Source: Mobula hypostoma (taxonomy: Eukaryota). From it: 64,000 nt of DNA. The notes beneath the pieces are model-generated. The model saw only the letters and a list, made by a program, of their open reading frames with translations, had not been told where the DNA came from and made no database searches. Where the stretch lies: positions 120,778,001 to 120,842,000 of the forward strand of contig NC_086097.1 in assembly GCF_963921235.1 (NCBI RefSeq), in the 5' to 3' direction. Position 1 is the stretch's first letter, and every line of letters begins with the position of its first letter. This document shows positions 11,861 to 23,585 of the stretch, piece after piece. The position numbers were made by a program, and so were the translations under genes.

Positions 11861-12014
11861 GGCTTTTGAGCTGCCTCCTAGTTTTAGTCACTACTGTCTC
11901 CTGTGAGACAGCAGGAACTGTGATATTGACAGTCGTGAGAGATATGTTTGTAATCTTGTTGTCGCAGTTCAGTAGTTGCCAGTGCATGTGTGATATTGCG
12001 ATGAACACTCTAGT

Positions 12015-12335
12015 GTATCAGCGCAAGGTAATGTTGCAGTTCTACAGAACCACAGTTGGTTCACACCTGGAATATTACGTTCATTTCTGATTGCTTCATT
12101 GTAGGAAGGACATGGAAGCTTTAGAGATGGTGCAGAGGAGATATACCAGGATGCTGCCTAAATTAAAGAGAATGTCTAATCAGAATAGGTTAAGTGAGCT
12201 AGGGCTTTTCTCTTTGGAGCAAAGAACGATGTACAGGATGATAAGAGGCATAGACTGAGTGAATATCCAGTACTTTTTACCAAGGCCAAGATGACTGATA
12301 TGAGCGGGCATGACTTTAAGGTGTTTGGAGAACAT
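12015..12335 (+). mobile_element. CR1 LINE ORF2 C-terminal fragment
   Basis: KVMLQFYRTTVGSHLEYYVHF...LEMVQRR. Confidence 0.75.
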
Positions 12336-12932
12336 GGTATGGAAACACCAATGCCCTTGAATGGAAAATCTGACAAAAAGTAGTAGATATAGCCCAGTCC
12401 ATCACAGGTAAATCCCACTCACTATTGATCACATCTACATGAAGTACTGTGGCAGGGAAGCAGCATCCATCATGAAGAATGCCCACCACCCAGATCATGC
12501 TCTCTTCTCACTGCTGCCAACAGGAAGAAGGTACAGGAGTTTTAGAACCCACACCACCAGGTTCAGGAACAGTTATTACCCTCAACTATCAGGCTCATGA
12601 ACCAGTGGGAATAACGTCACTCAACTTCACTCACCTCATCATTGAAATGTTCCCAGAGCCTATGGAATCAACTTCAAGGACTCTTCATCTCATGTTCTCA
12701 ATATTTATTGCTTATTATTTGCTATTATTATTTCTTTTATTTCTCATGTATTGGCTCAGTGTGTTGTCTTTTGCACACTGGATGTTTGTCTGTTCTCCAG
12801 GGTGTGGTCTTTCATTGATTCTATTATGTTTCTTGGAATTACCGAGTATGCCCACAAGAAAATGAATTTGAACCTTGTATGTGGTGACGTATATGTACTT
12901 TGATAATAACTTTGTTTTGAACTTTGAACTTT
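12335..12932 (+). mobile_element. Rex1/Babar-like LINE 3' end
   Basis: AASIMKNAHHPDHALFSLLPTGRRYRSFRTHTTRFRNSYYP, then a 3' UTR and a TTTGAAC repeat tail. Confidence 0.75.
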
Positions 12933-12939
12933 AAACTAA

Positions 12940-13848
12940 ACTAATTCCTTCTACGTACACAATGCCCATAGTCTTCCCATTCTCTGCACACTCATATGCC
13001 TGGTTAAAAGCCTCTTGAACACCTCTATGATATTTGCTTCCATCAACATCTCTGGCAACACATTCCAGGAACCCACCACTCTATGCAAAAAAAAACTTAC
13101 TCTGTGTACCTCTTTGAACTTATCTCCTCTCACATAAATTCATGCCCTCTGGTATTTCAATCTTGCAAAAAAGATACTAGCTGTCTACTCTATCTACACC
13201 TCTCATAATAGAAACATAGAAACATAGAAAATAGGTGCAGGAGTAGGCCATTCGGCCCTTCGAGCCTGCACCGCCATTTATTATGATCATGGCTGATCAT
13301 CCAACTCAGAACCCAGCCTTCCCTCCATACCCCCTGACCCCTGTAGCCACAAGGGCCATATCTTACAAACCTCTGCTAGATCTCTCCCTAACCTCTACCA
13401 TTCTAGAGAAAACAGCCCAGGTCTGTTAAAGCTCTCCTTATAGTGTATGCCGTTTAACACAGACAGCACCCTGCTAAACCTCTTCTGCATCTTCTCCAAA
13501 GCCTCCACATCCTTCCTATCATTGAGTGATTAGAACTGAATCCAATACTTCAGGGGCAGACTAACTAGAGCTGCAACAAAACTTCCCAACACTTGAACTC
13601 TGTTGCTAGACTAATAAAGACAAGCATGTGGCATGATCCCTCTGCTTATCAACACTAATAAGTTTCTTGCCATGAACAGAATACAGTGTTTTCACATTTG
13701 GTCTCCGAAAGTGCAACACTTCTCGTCTGGTATAGTTAAATTCTATTTGCCATTTCTCTGCCTATATCTGCAACTGTATATCTCTATCCTACTGTATCCT
13801 TTGCCAGTCTTCTATGCCATCCACAACACATGCATTCTCAATCATCTA
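12940..13848 (-). mobile_element. CR1 LINE 3' part, with a younger CR1 3' end nested at about 13208-13360
   Basis: RGDKFK...FFLHRVVGSWNVLPEM on the minus strand. Nested ATAGAAACATAGAAACATAGAAAATAGGTGCAGGAGTAGGCC tail. Confidence 0.75.
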
Positions 13849-15460
13849 GACTGTACTTGATCTGGTATTGGGAAATGAACTTGGTCAGGTGTCAGGACTC
13901 AGTGGGAGAGCATTTTGGAGATAGTGATCACAATTCTATCTCCTTTACCATAGTATTGGAGAGGGATAGGAACAGACAAGTTAGGGAATGTTTCATGGCA
14001 GTCAGGGGAACTATGAGGCTATCAGGCAGGAACTTGGAAGCAAAACTTGGAAACAGATGCTCTCAGGGAAATGTACCAAAGAAATGTGGCAAATGTTCAG
14101 GGGATATTTGCGTGGGGTTCTGAGTAGGTATGTTCCAATGAGACATGGAAAGGATGGTATGGTACAAGATCTGTGGTGCACAAAGGCTGTTGTAAAATTA
14201 GTCAAGAAGAAAAGAAAAGCTTACGAAAGGTTCAAAAACTAGGTAATGATATGAATCTAAAAGATTATAAGGCTTGCAGGAATGAAATTAGAAGAGTCAG
14301 AAGGAGCCATGAGAAGGCCTTCTTGGACAGGATTAAGGAAAACCCCAAGGCATTCTACAAGAGTGTGAAGATCAAGAGGATAAGACATGAGACAATAGGA
14401 CCAATCAAATGTGACAATGGAAAAGTGTGCATGGAACGGGAGGAAATAGCCAAGGTACTTAAGGAATACTTTGCTTCAGTATTCACTACGGAAAAGGACC
14501 TTGACAACTGTAGGGATGACTTGCAGTGGACTGAAAAGCTTGAGAATGTAGATATTAAGGAAGAGGATGTTCTGGAGCTTTTGGAAAGCATCAAGTTGGA
14601 TAAGTCACCGGTACCAGACGGGATGTACCCCAGGCTACTGTAGGAAGCAAGGGAGGAGATTGCTAAGCCTCTGGCAATGATCTTTGCATCATCAATGAGG
14701 ATGGGAGAGGTTCCAGAGGATTGGAGGGTTGTGGATGTTGTTCCCTTATTCAAGAAAGGGAGTGGAGATATTCCAGGAAATTATAGGCTAGTGAGTCTTA
14801 CTTCAGTGGTTGGTAAGTTGATGGAGAAGATCCTGAGAGCCAGGATTTATGAACATTTGGAGAGGCATAATATAATTAGAAATAGTCAGATGGCTTTGTC
14901 AAAGGCTGGTCATGCCTTATGAGCCTGATTGAATTTCTTGAGGATGTGACTAAACATATTGATGAAGGTAGAGCCGTAGATGTAGTGTATATGAATTTTA
15001 GCAAGGCATTTGATAAGGTACCCCATGCAAGGCTTATTGAGAAAGTAAGGAGGCATGGGATCCAAGGGGACATTGCTTTGTGAATCTAGAACTGACTTGC
15101 CCACAGAATGCAAATAATGGTTGTAGAATAGTCATATTCTGCATGGAAGACGGTGACCAGTGGTGTGCCTCAGGGATTTGTTCTGGGACCCCTACTCTTT
15201 GTGATTTTTATAAATAAGCTGGATGAGGAAGTGTTTTTTATGCAGAGAGTGGTGAGTGTGTGGAATGGGCTGCCTGCGGCGGTGGTGGAGGCGGAAACAA
15301 TAGGGGTTTTTCAGAGACTCCTGGATGGCTACATGGAGCTTAGAAAAATAGAGGGCTATGGGTAAAGCCTACGTAGTTCTCAGGTAGGGACATGCTCGGC
15401 ACAGCTTTGTGAGCCAAAGGGCCTGTATTGTGCTGTATGTTTTCTATATTTCTATGTTTC
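13849..15460 (+). mobile_element. CR1 LINE ORF2 (RT), internally deleted
   Basis: [75 protein letters not shown], and a (TTCTATG)n tail. Confidence 0.9.
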
Positions 15461-15940
15461 CTGGCCTTCTCGTGTGGCTTAGCCTCTAAGCCCAGTGGAA
15501 CTGTTTCTACTGACAGGAGAAGGTGAAGGCGGGTCCTGGTGCCTTAAAACCAGTGCTTCAGGTCGATGGAGCTTGTCAGCCTGGGAAGGCAGTCCATCGA
15601 AGAGAGGGAAAACTCTGATTTCAAACCTCCGCTACCTTGCGGCCATACCCACTTATGGGAAAGGCTTCGGGAGTAAACTCTGAGGACAAATCCGGAGCTG
15701 GAGTCCCTAAGGCAGTCTGACATTGCCTTCAACTTTATTTTGGCAACTCCAGCGACGACACCAGTGCCAAATTGTATCGGCCCTTGCCCTTCCCTTGGAC
15801 AACATCGGTGGCATGGAGAGCGGAGACTTGCTGCATAGGCAACTGCCAGTCTTCCATAAAAGCTTGCCCAGGCCCACGCCCTGGAAACCTTCCAGGTGCA
15901 GATCCATGGTCTCACAAGACTAACGGATGCCACCACCACT
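15461..15940 (+). mobile_element. Non-autonomous RTE-associated/SINE-like repeat inserted in the CR1 tail
   Basis: Homologous to 46100-46630 (GGAAAACTCTGAT..AAAC, GGAGCTGGAGTCCCTAAGGCAGTC). Ends in (CCA)n. The CR1 tail TGTTTCTATGTTTC lies on both sides. Confidence 0.6.
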
Positions 15941-15959
15941 GTGTTTCTATGTTTCTATA

Positions 15960-17890
15960 AGCCTTCCATGAGAGACCTTGTAAAGTGCCTTACCTTACTA
16001 AAAGTCTACATAGACAACATCCATTGCTCTACATTCATGGCGGGAGGAGAAGATGGCAGCGCGACGCAGCGCACGCTGCTCTCCAGTGAAATTATATCGT
16101 ATCTGTTATATAGAGGCCGCAGACAATTCTGATTTGATGGAGACAGATGTGAAAGCACAGAGGAACACCTGGAGAAATCTCTGAAATGCCGGTTCACTGC
16201 CGCTGCTACTGTGTGATTGAGAATCTCCGGAGGGAAGGCCATAAAATCAGGCTTTGCCTGCTGCTGGTGACCGAGGTTGAGTTCGAAGCATTCGGATAGA
16301 GATGGTGCTCGGTACTCGGTGTCAGAGGGCTGATCAGAGCTCGAAGTTTTCGGATGACTCAGAGTCGGACTGAGGTCGGGCATGGTAGGGAGAGTTTTCT
16401 TCCTTCTCCCGTCTGCGTGAGATGTGGGACTTTTGAGAGACTTTGAACTTTTTTACTGTGCCATGGCCTGTTCTTCATCAAGTTATGGTATTGTTGCACT
16501 GTTGTAACTATATGTTATCATTATGTGGTTTTTGTTAGTTTTTCAGTCTTGGTCTGTCCTGTGTTTCTGTGATATCACATCGGAGGAATATCATATCATT
16601 TCTTAATGCATGTATTACTAAATGACAATAAAAGTGGACTGCGTGCTCTCATAATCTAATCTAATCTAATATGTTCATCACATCCTCAAAAAAAGACACA
16701 ACTTACCCTGCACAGAGCCAGCTGACTGCGTTTAATTAGGCTATGATTTTCCATTGTTCATAAATCTTATCCCTCAGAATCCTCTCCAATAGCTTTCCTG
16801 CCAGTGATGTGAGACTCATCAGTCTATATTTTCCAGGATTTTCCTTATTTCCCTTCTTGAATAATGGAACAACATTAGCTACCCGCCCCCCAGGACTCCA
16901 CCTGTGACTCGAGGTGACTCAAAGATATTGGTCAAAGCCCCAGCAATCTCATCTCTTGCCTCTCTCAGTAACCTAAGTTAAATCCCATCAGGCCCTGGGG
17001 ACTTTTTCACTTTAATATTCATAAGAGACCAATATTAACTCATTTACATATCTCAAAATGTCCTAATAAACTACCATGCTCCACACTAATCTGTCTGTCA
17101 TCCACACCCTTCTCCTTGGTGAATACTGATGCAAAGTACTCATTTAGGATCTCACTCACATCCTCTTCCTCCAAGCACATCTTCCATCCTGTTTTCTTGA
17201 GTGCTTTTACCCAGTCTGTAGTTATTGTCTTGATGAATGTGTGGAATGCTTTGGGATTCTCTTTAATCGTATTTGCCAAGGACTTTTTGTGGTCACTCCT
17301 GGCTTTCCCAATTCCCTTCCTGAGTTCTTTTCTGCCTTCTTTATAATCCTCAAGGGCTCTGTTTGATCTTAGCTTCCTAAACCTTACATAGCTTTCCTTT
17401 CCCTTCTTGATTAAATTTATCACCTCTCTTGATATCCAAGGTTCCCTTACTTCATTATCCTTCTCCTACCTCCTTCATGGAATGTACCTGTGCTGTACTC
17501 TGTGCCACAGAGGGTATCCTGTACTGATTGCTCATTCCCCTTGCTCTTCCTAGTGTGTACCCATCTATCTGATGCCTGTAGCTTGGATGTGACCTCCTTG
17601 GATGAAGTTCCTAGCACTTCAGTTGATCTTGTGTACCTCCAGATCCATCTGCAGTTTCTTGACCTGGTCTGTCAGTAGCAGAAGCTGGGTGTACTTCCCA
17701 CAAATTGCAGGAGAAGCGTTCCACTGCCCATCAGGAAGACCACGCAAGGTTCCCTGACTTCCCATAAATTGCAGGAGAAGCAGTCCACTGCCCAAACTGC
17801 CACCCTGCCTACACTGAATCAGTAATATTGGATGGACAACAAGATAAAGCCTTTCTTCTTCTTCCCTGTGCCTTCCCACCAAAGCATTTT
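15960..17890 (-). mobile_element. CR1 LINE, ORF1 N-terminus to RT, with deletions
   Basis: Minus strand: ICGKYTQLLLLTDQVKKLQMDLE (ORF1), IKENPKAF..LNEYFASVFT, AMDVVYVDFSK. Probably the upstream part of the copy at 12940-13848. Confidence 0.75.
16037..16668 (+). mobile_element. Non-autonomous retroelement with AAGATGGC head and (AATCT)n tail, nested in CR1
   Basis: CpG-rich head GGAGAAGATGGCAGCGCGACG. Tail AATGACAATAAA...AATCTAATCTAATCT resembles the Rex1 tail at 39468-39498. Confidence 0.65.
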
Positions 17891-18202
17891 TTTAAAGAGC
17901 TTATGTGGCTCCCCACATGTGGGCCACTTACTCCCTTTTTTAACCGTAAAAACGACAGCAACCCATGCTTACACAGGGCCACTGTGAAAATGATTGCTCC
18001 ACATGACCTCAACTTCTCTTTATTAGCTGCTGTTAATTAGCTTACTCGTAAATCTAATATTAACTAATAAGTTGCAAGCATGGCACTATTAGAGACCTGT
18101 CAAGTAAAGCTCACCAGCCTGAGGCCTACCTTTTTTAAACTCTCACACCTAATGCTCTAAGGGTTAATGTTCACACTTATTTGTAATTTCCTGCATGCAG
18201 GA

Positions 18203-18335
18203 CATCCTGATGAAGAGTTTTGGCCCGTAACATTGACTGTTTACTCCTTTCCATAGATGCTACCTGGCCTGCTGAGTTCCTCCAGCATTTTGTATACATT
18301 GCTTGGATTTCCAGCATCTGCAGATTTTCTTGTGT
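18203..18335 (+). mobile_element. Solo Penelope-like terminal repeat (mutated hammerhead core)
   Basis: CTGATGA-AGAGTTTTGGCCC-GTAAC-ATT-GACTG plus the conserved downstream block. Confidence 0.75.
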
Positions 18336-18534
18336 CAGTGCAGACGTTTGTTATCGTTACTTCTCATTGCTGCACTGTCCACCCAGGGTAAAGCACAGGC
18401 AGAGATGACTGAGCACAACAATCATTTTAATGAGTACAAACGTAGCTTTAAAGTGCTTGACAGCAGCACTACCAAGGTTAGTCATGAACAATAGTTACAA
18501 TGTATGATGTTTGTTGTGTCTCTTCGTATTTTCA

Positions 18535-18870
18535 AAATTCGAAGTTCAAATTAAATTTATTTTCAAGGTATGTGTACTGTATGTCACAACGTACTACCCT
18601 GAGATTCATTTGTCTGCAGGCATTCACAGTAGATAAAAAGAAACACAATCAAATCAATGAAAAATGACACATAGGCAATGATGGACAAACAACCAATGTG
18701 CAAAAGAAAGACTCTGCAAATAAATACATAGATAAATAGATAGATAGATACACAAATACATAGATACTAGAGAAAGAAAGTAAGGAAGTTGGGAACATGA
18801 GCTATAGACTCCCTGAAAGTGAGTCCTTAGGTTGTGGTACAAGTTTAGTATTGCGAAGAGTGAATATAAA
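18535..18870 (-). mobile_element. Rex1/Babar-like 3' UTR fragment with GATA/TAAA repeat
   Basis: Reverse-complement match to the UTR at 12650-12930. Confidence 0.65.
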
Positions 18871-19394
18871 CAGACGGAGTCTCTTTTACTCCCTGTGTGT
18901 TCTTATGCGAATGTGGTGCTGATTTTGGCATCTTCACAACCGATGCGGCTCCCACTCATCTGTCCTCTAAGGTAAGTATAATTATTCGCTGCACCTCCTT
19001 GCCTCAGCAAAAGCTCAAATGCCTGAACAAAGCATAAATGAGGGAGTTAATAAAGTTGCTCGTCTCTTTCTCAAACCAAAATATAACAAAAGCTTTGCTT
19101 TCTTGGGAAATTAAAGTCACTTTTGTGCAAACCATGCAGAATCTCTCCCCTTCAGTTGAATTATAGTGCAATTTACAATAACCTTCCTGCCATGGGATAG
19201 TACATATGAAACACTGCTGGATGCCTTATCTACTGCTGGGTGAAAACAGTCTAGGTTGTCAGTAATTGCTGCAGAACAAATAGATAAATCTATATTGCTT
19301 TGTGCATGCAGTTAAATGAAGGAAAATGTCAAATGCAAACTTTCCAACCTTTTTCAGTCCATACTCTCAGAAGCAGGATAAATGAGAATTGGTG

Positions 19395-20140
19395 AGAACA
19401 CAGTACAGGCTTTTTGGATCACAATGTTGTGCCAACCTTATAACCTACTCCAAGGTCAATCTAACCCTCCCCTCCTGCATAGCCTCCATTTTCCTATTAC
19501 TTATGTGCTATAAATGTTCCTAATGTATCTGTTGCAACCATCACTCCTGGCAGAGCGTTCCACCTCTCTCTGTAAAGAACACGGACCTATGAAGCCCCCC
19601 TCTAATCACCATAATATTATACCCATTTGTATTGGCCACTTCTGTCCTGGGAAGAAGTCTCTGGCTATCCCTCTATCAATATCTCTTTTCATCTTGTATA
19701 CCTCTATCAAGTTTGCTCTCAGTCTCAATCGCTCCAAACAGAAAAGTCGTAACTCACTTAACTAATCTTTAAAAGGCATGCTCTCTAATCTATGCAGTAT
19801 ACTGGTAAATCTCCTCTGCATGCTCTCTAAAGCTTCTCCAACCTTCCTTTAATGAAGTGACAACAATATTTCAAGTCTGGTCTAACCAGGGTTTTATAGA
19901 GCTGCAACATTTCCTTGTGGCTCTTGAACTCAATCTCCAACTAATGAAGATCAGCCACACCACATGCCTTCTTAACAACCTTTTCTACCTCTTTGGCAAC
20001 TTAGAGGGATCTAGGGTTGTGAACCGCAAGATCCCTCTGATCTTCCACATTACTAAAAATCCTGTTATTAATCCTGTATCCTGCCTTCAAATTTGACCTT
20101 CCAAAGTGAATCACTCCATATTTTAATGGGTAGAACTTTA
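19395..20140 (-). mobile_element. CR1 LINE 3' fragment
   Basis: WQIKFYPLKYGVIHFGRSN...VEDQRDLAVH. Confidence 0.75.
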
Positions 20141-20574
20141 TTTGCCATTTGAAGAAGAGAACTAATCCAATTAACCGATGAATAAACTCTTCTTGGGCTT
20201 CCAGCCAGGTCCAGGTACTGATCATAACTGACGTTTTAATGACAAACTCTGCTATCCTCACCAGGGACCCTTTTTCAATCAACTGATGTTCTCCTGACTG
20301 AATCAATGAGAGTATTAGTGTGTACGAAGAAAGGCGAAACATCATTTAGAAGTCGGTGTAGAAGCTCACTAAATGCTGTTTTTTTATGTGAAAATCTAAA
20401 AACAGGAAATTCTGGAAATTTGAAATGCATAGAAACACAGATTGCTAGAAACATTCAACAGGTCAGGCTACATCTGCAGAAGAAAAAACCCCTTAATGAT
20501 TCTGATCAAATGCCAATTGTCAGAACAACAATAAAAGAATGAGACATGAAGGGGCGTTAAATTAGTCCCAAAGA

Positions 20575-21215
20575 GCGGATTATTGACTACAGGAGGAAAA
20601 AAGCTGAATTCTATGAGCTAGTCCTCATTAAGGGATTGGAGTTGGAGAGGGTCAGTACCTTTAAATTCCTTGGCATGGCCATTTCAGAGAATCTGTCCTG
20701 GGACCAGCATGTAAGGGCCAAGAAGGCACGGCAGCACCACTACCTTATTTGAAGTTTGCACAGATTCAGCATGTCATCTAAATCTTAACAATCTTCTATA
20801 GATGCACATGGAGAGTATCTTTACTGGTTGCATCACAGCCTGGCATGGAGACACTAATGCCCAGGAGTGGAAAAACCCTCAAAAAGTAGTGGATACAACC
20901 CAATTCATTGGAAAAAAAAAAGACCTCCCTACCATCAAGCAAATACACAAGAAAGTAGCATCCATCACCAAGGACCCCCACCCTCCAGGCTACACGCTCT
21001 TCTCACTCCTGCTAGCTGGAAGGAGGTACAGGAGCCTTAGGTGCCACACCACCAGGCTAAGGAACAGCCATTATCCTTCAACTCTCGGGCTATTAAAACA
21101 GCATGGATAACTTCGCTCACCTCATCACTGAAATAATTCCACAATCTATGGACTCACTTTCAAGGAGTCTACAACTCATGTTCTCTGTATTATTTATTTA
21201 TCTATTTATAATTAT
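20575..21215 (+). mobile_element. Rex1/Babar-like LINE 3' fragment
   Basis: ESIFTGCITAWHG...ASITKDPHPPGYTLFSLLLAGRRYRSLRCHTTRLRNS. The UTR is cut off in an ATTT-rich tract. Confidence 0.8.
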
Positions 21216-21224
21216 TAACTCATT

Positions 21225-21915
21225 TTTTTTTCTCAGCTCAAGCTGGTAAAACCTAATGTACGGGCATAGACAGGCACACTCATTTATCAATAGCTAGAAA
21301 CTTTCAGACTATTCTAATGGTGTTTCATCTAGTGGCTTTCTGGGGATTTACATAAATATTGCTGTGTAGGCTGAACTTAAGGCTATTGTGCAGTGATTTT
21401 GGAACAATATCATTTGTAGATATTATTATTAGGACAATGTACAGTATACCCTGTTCTTGTTCTGCAGTCTTTCTATTTGCTCTATTAATTCAGCATATTT
21501 CTGGGGTGTTTTTCATTATTGATTTCTGTACGTAATGTGTGCTTGGAATGGCTATATCTATTAAGTAAGTTGTTCTAGCTTGTCTATCCTGTTATATCTG
21601 GATGCATATTATGGATTGTCCTATCTGTAATACTGCATTTGTCATAATACAATTTGTAGGACTCTGACTCTTAAAGTAGATCAGGCTTGTACTTATCGTA
21701 AGGTATGGTGTATTTATGAGTTTCTATTTTAAAACAAGATTTTGGTGAATGATGTTTGCCACTTGATTGTGCCTGTGTAAGCAATCAGATTGAGTTAAAC
21801 TGCTGCAGGATCCTGTAATGTGTCGGATTGTTTCTGGTTTCTCTTGACATTTTCTGCATTTGTTGCCGTGAATTTGCTGGGTTTTTTTCATCATGTATTT
21901 TTGATATTTTTTTGT
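21225..21915 (-). mobile_element. R4/Dong-clade non-LTR retrotransposon, 3' fragment (CCHC knuckle plus restriction-like endonuclease)
   Basis: Manual minus-strand translation: KCRKCQEKPETIRHITGSCSSLTQSDCLHRHNQVANIIHQNL, then (frameshifted) YKLYYDKCSITDRTIHNMHPDI...TTYLIDIAIP. Not in the ORF track because of stops. Confidence 0.8.
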
Positions 21916-23585
21916 GGTGGCCTATCTTTAACTGGGAATAAAAGATCTGTTTGGGGAGATATGAGTTAGGCAGCTAGATGACATGATCTATCCATCGGAG
22001 TTGGTGTTTATCTTGGTGGAGATGCTACTCATGTTGTCCTCCTCCAGTGCACTGGTGTTTGTGTGTCTGTCCTTCCAGATGATCCTCAAAATCTTTGATA
22101 AGGATCTTTGGTGATATTGTTCCAGGGCTTTCAGTTGCGTACTGTAGGTGGTCCTGATTCAGCTCCATACTGTAATGTAGGTAGGGTGACTGCTCTACAA
22201 AGCAGAAGATTTGTTTGGACTGGTAGGTCACAATCTCCAAAGACTCCTTTCTTTAATCTTGCATAGCCTCCACCAGCACAACTCAGTCGGTGGTTGATTT
22301 CTGAGTTGATGTTTGTTTTGAGCAGAAATGGGAAGGTCTTTGACTTTCCCAAGGTCAGGAAAGTAGTCTATATTTTCAGGTGTGATATCATCAACTCTTA
22401 TGGAGGGCTGGATAAATGAATTGAATTGAATTGACTTTATTATTTAGAACCTTTATCTACATGAGCAGTAAAAAAATTTGTGTTATGTCTCTGTCTAAAT
22501 GCACAATGTGCAATTTACAGTAATTTATATTGGACAATCAATATAACATAGAAATACGATTGTGTCAGCGTGAACTAAGCAGTCTGATGGCCTGGTGGAA
22601 AAGCTGTCCTGAAGACTGTTGGTCCTAGCTTTTATGCTGTGGTACCATTTCCAGATGGTAACAGCTGGAACAGCTCATGGTTTGGGTGACTCGCGTGCCC
22701 AATGATCCTTTGGACCTTTTTATACACCTGTCTTTGTAAATATCCTAAAAAGTGAAAAGATCACATCTACAGATGCAGTGGCCTGTCTGCACCACTCTCT
22801 GTAGAGTCCTGCAATTGAGGGAAGTACAGTTCCCATTACAGGTAGTGATGCAGCCAGTCAGGATGCTCTCAGTTTTGTCCCTACAGAAAGTTCTTAGGAT
22901 TTGGGGGCCCATACCAAACTTCTTCAACCGTCTAAAGTGAAAGAGGTGCTGTTGTGCCTTTTTCACCAAACAGCTGGTATGCAGAGACCACATGAGATCC
23001 TGAATGATGTTTATGCCAAGGAACTTAAAGCTGTTCACCCTCTCAACCACAGATCCATTGATGTCAATAGGGGCTAGCCTGTCTCCATTTCTCCTGTAGT
23101 CCACAACCAGCTCCTTTGTTCTTGCAACATTGAAGGAGAGGTTGTTTTCTTGACACCACTGTGTCAGGGTGATGACTTTTTCTCTGTAGGCTGCCTCATT
23201 ATTATTTGATATTAGGCCAATCAGTGTAGTGTCATCAGCAAATTTAATTAGCAGATTGGAGTAGTGGGTGGTGACTCAGTCATGGGTATACAGAGAGTAA
23301 AAGAGGGGGGCTTAGTACACAGCCCTGAGGGACTGGTTGAGCAGTGACTGATATAGGATTTGTGTATTTTTTAATATTCAAAACAAGTTCCATGGCCCTA
23401 AAATGCCTTGGTATACACTGGAGGTCTTCTTTAGAGCATGCTACAATGGTGCTGACATCCGCATACTAAGGCTCCATGATATTGGTGATACTGACCTTGT
23501 TTTTGGCCTTGAACCAGTTGACGTTGAAAAACCTGTTATCCATTTTATGCACAATTGTGATCCCTGGAGTAGCCCTTGGCCAATG
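21915..23585 (-). mobile_element. RTE LINE, 3' segment, interrupted by a Rex1 insertion
   Basis: NRFFNVNWFKAKNKVSITNIMEP*YADV, INSEINHRLSCAGGGYARLKK, RAVTLPTLQYGAES, HQLRWIDHVI*LPNSYLPKQIFYSQL. Confidence 0.8.
22415..23335 (-). mobile_element. Rex1/Babar LINE RT to 3' end, nested in RTE
   Basis: LIKFADDTTLIGLI, VERVNSFKFLGINI, VKKAQQHLFHFRRLKKFG, ESILTGCIT, and a (CAATT)n tail. Confidence 0.85.

Noticed and set aside
15461..15530. HDV-like ribozyme at the head of the RTE-associated repeat (also 46190-46250)
   Set aside because: GCC-TTCTCGTGT-GGC and CTGACAGGAG are suggestive, but I could not assign P1 or P1.1; one copy is truncated and the other degenerate. A consensus-level fold would be needed.
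17694..17795. Functional repeat (about 64-bp duplication; also a 25-bp duplication at about 27805-27855)
   Set aside because: Two-copy slippage duplications inside decayed transposons.
18880..18980. Exon ending at the consensus donor AAG|GTAAGT
   Set aside because: No convincing acceptor and no recognisable peptide. Such donors occur by chance; one lies inside CR1 at about 40720.
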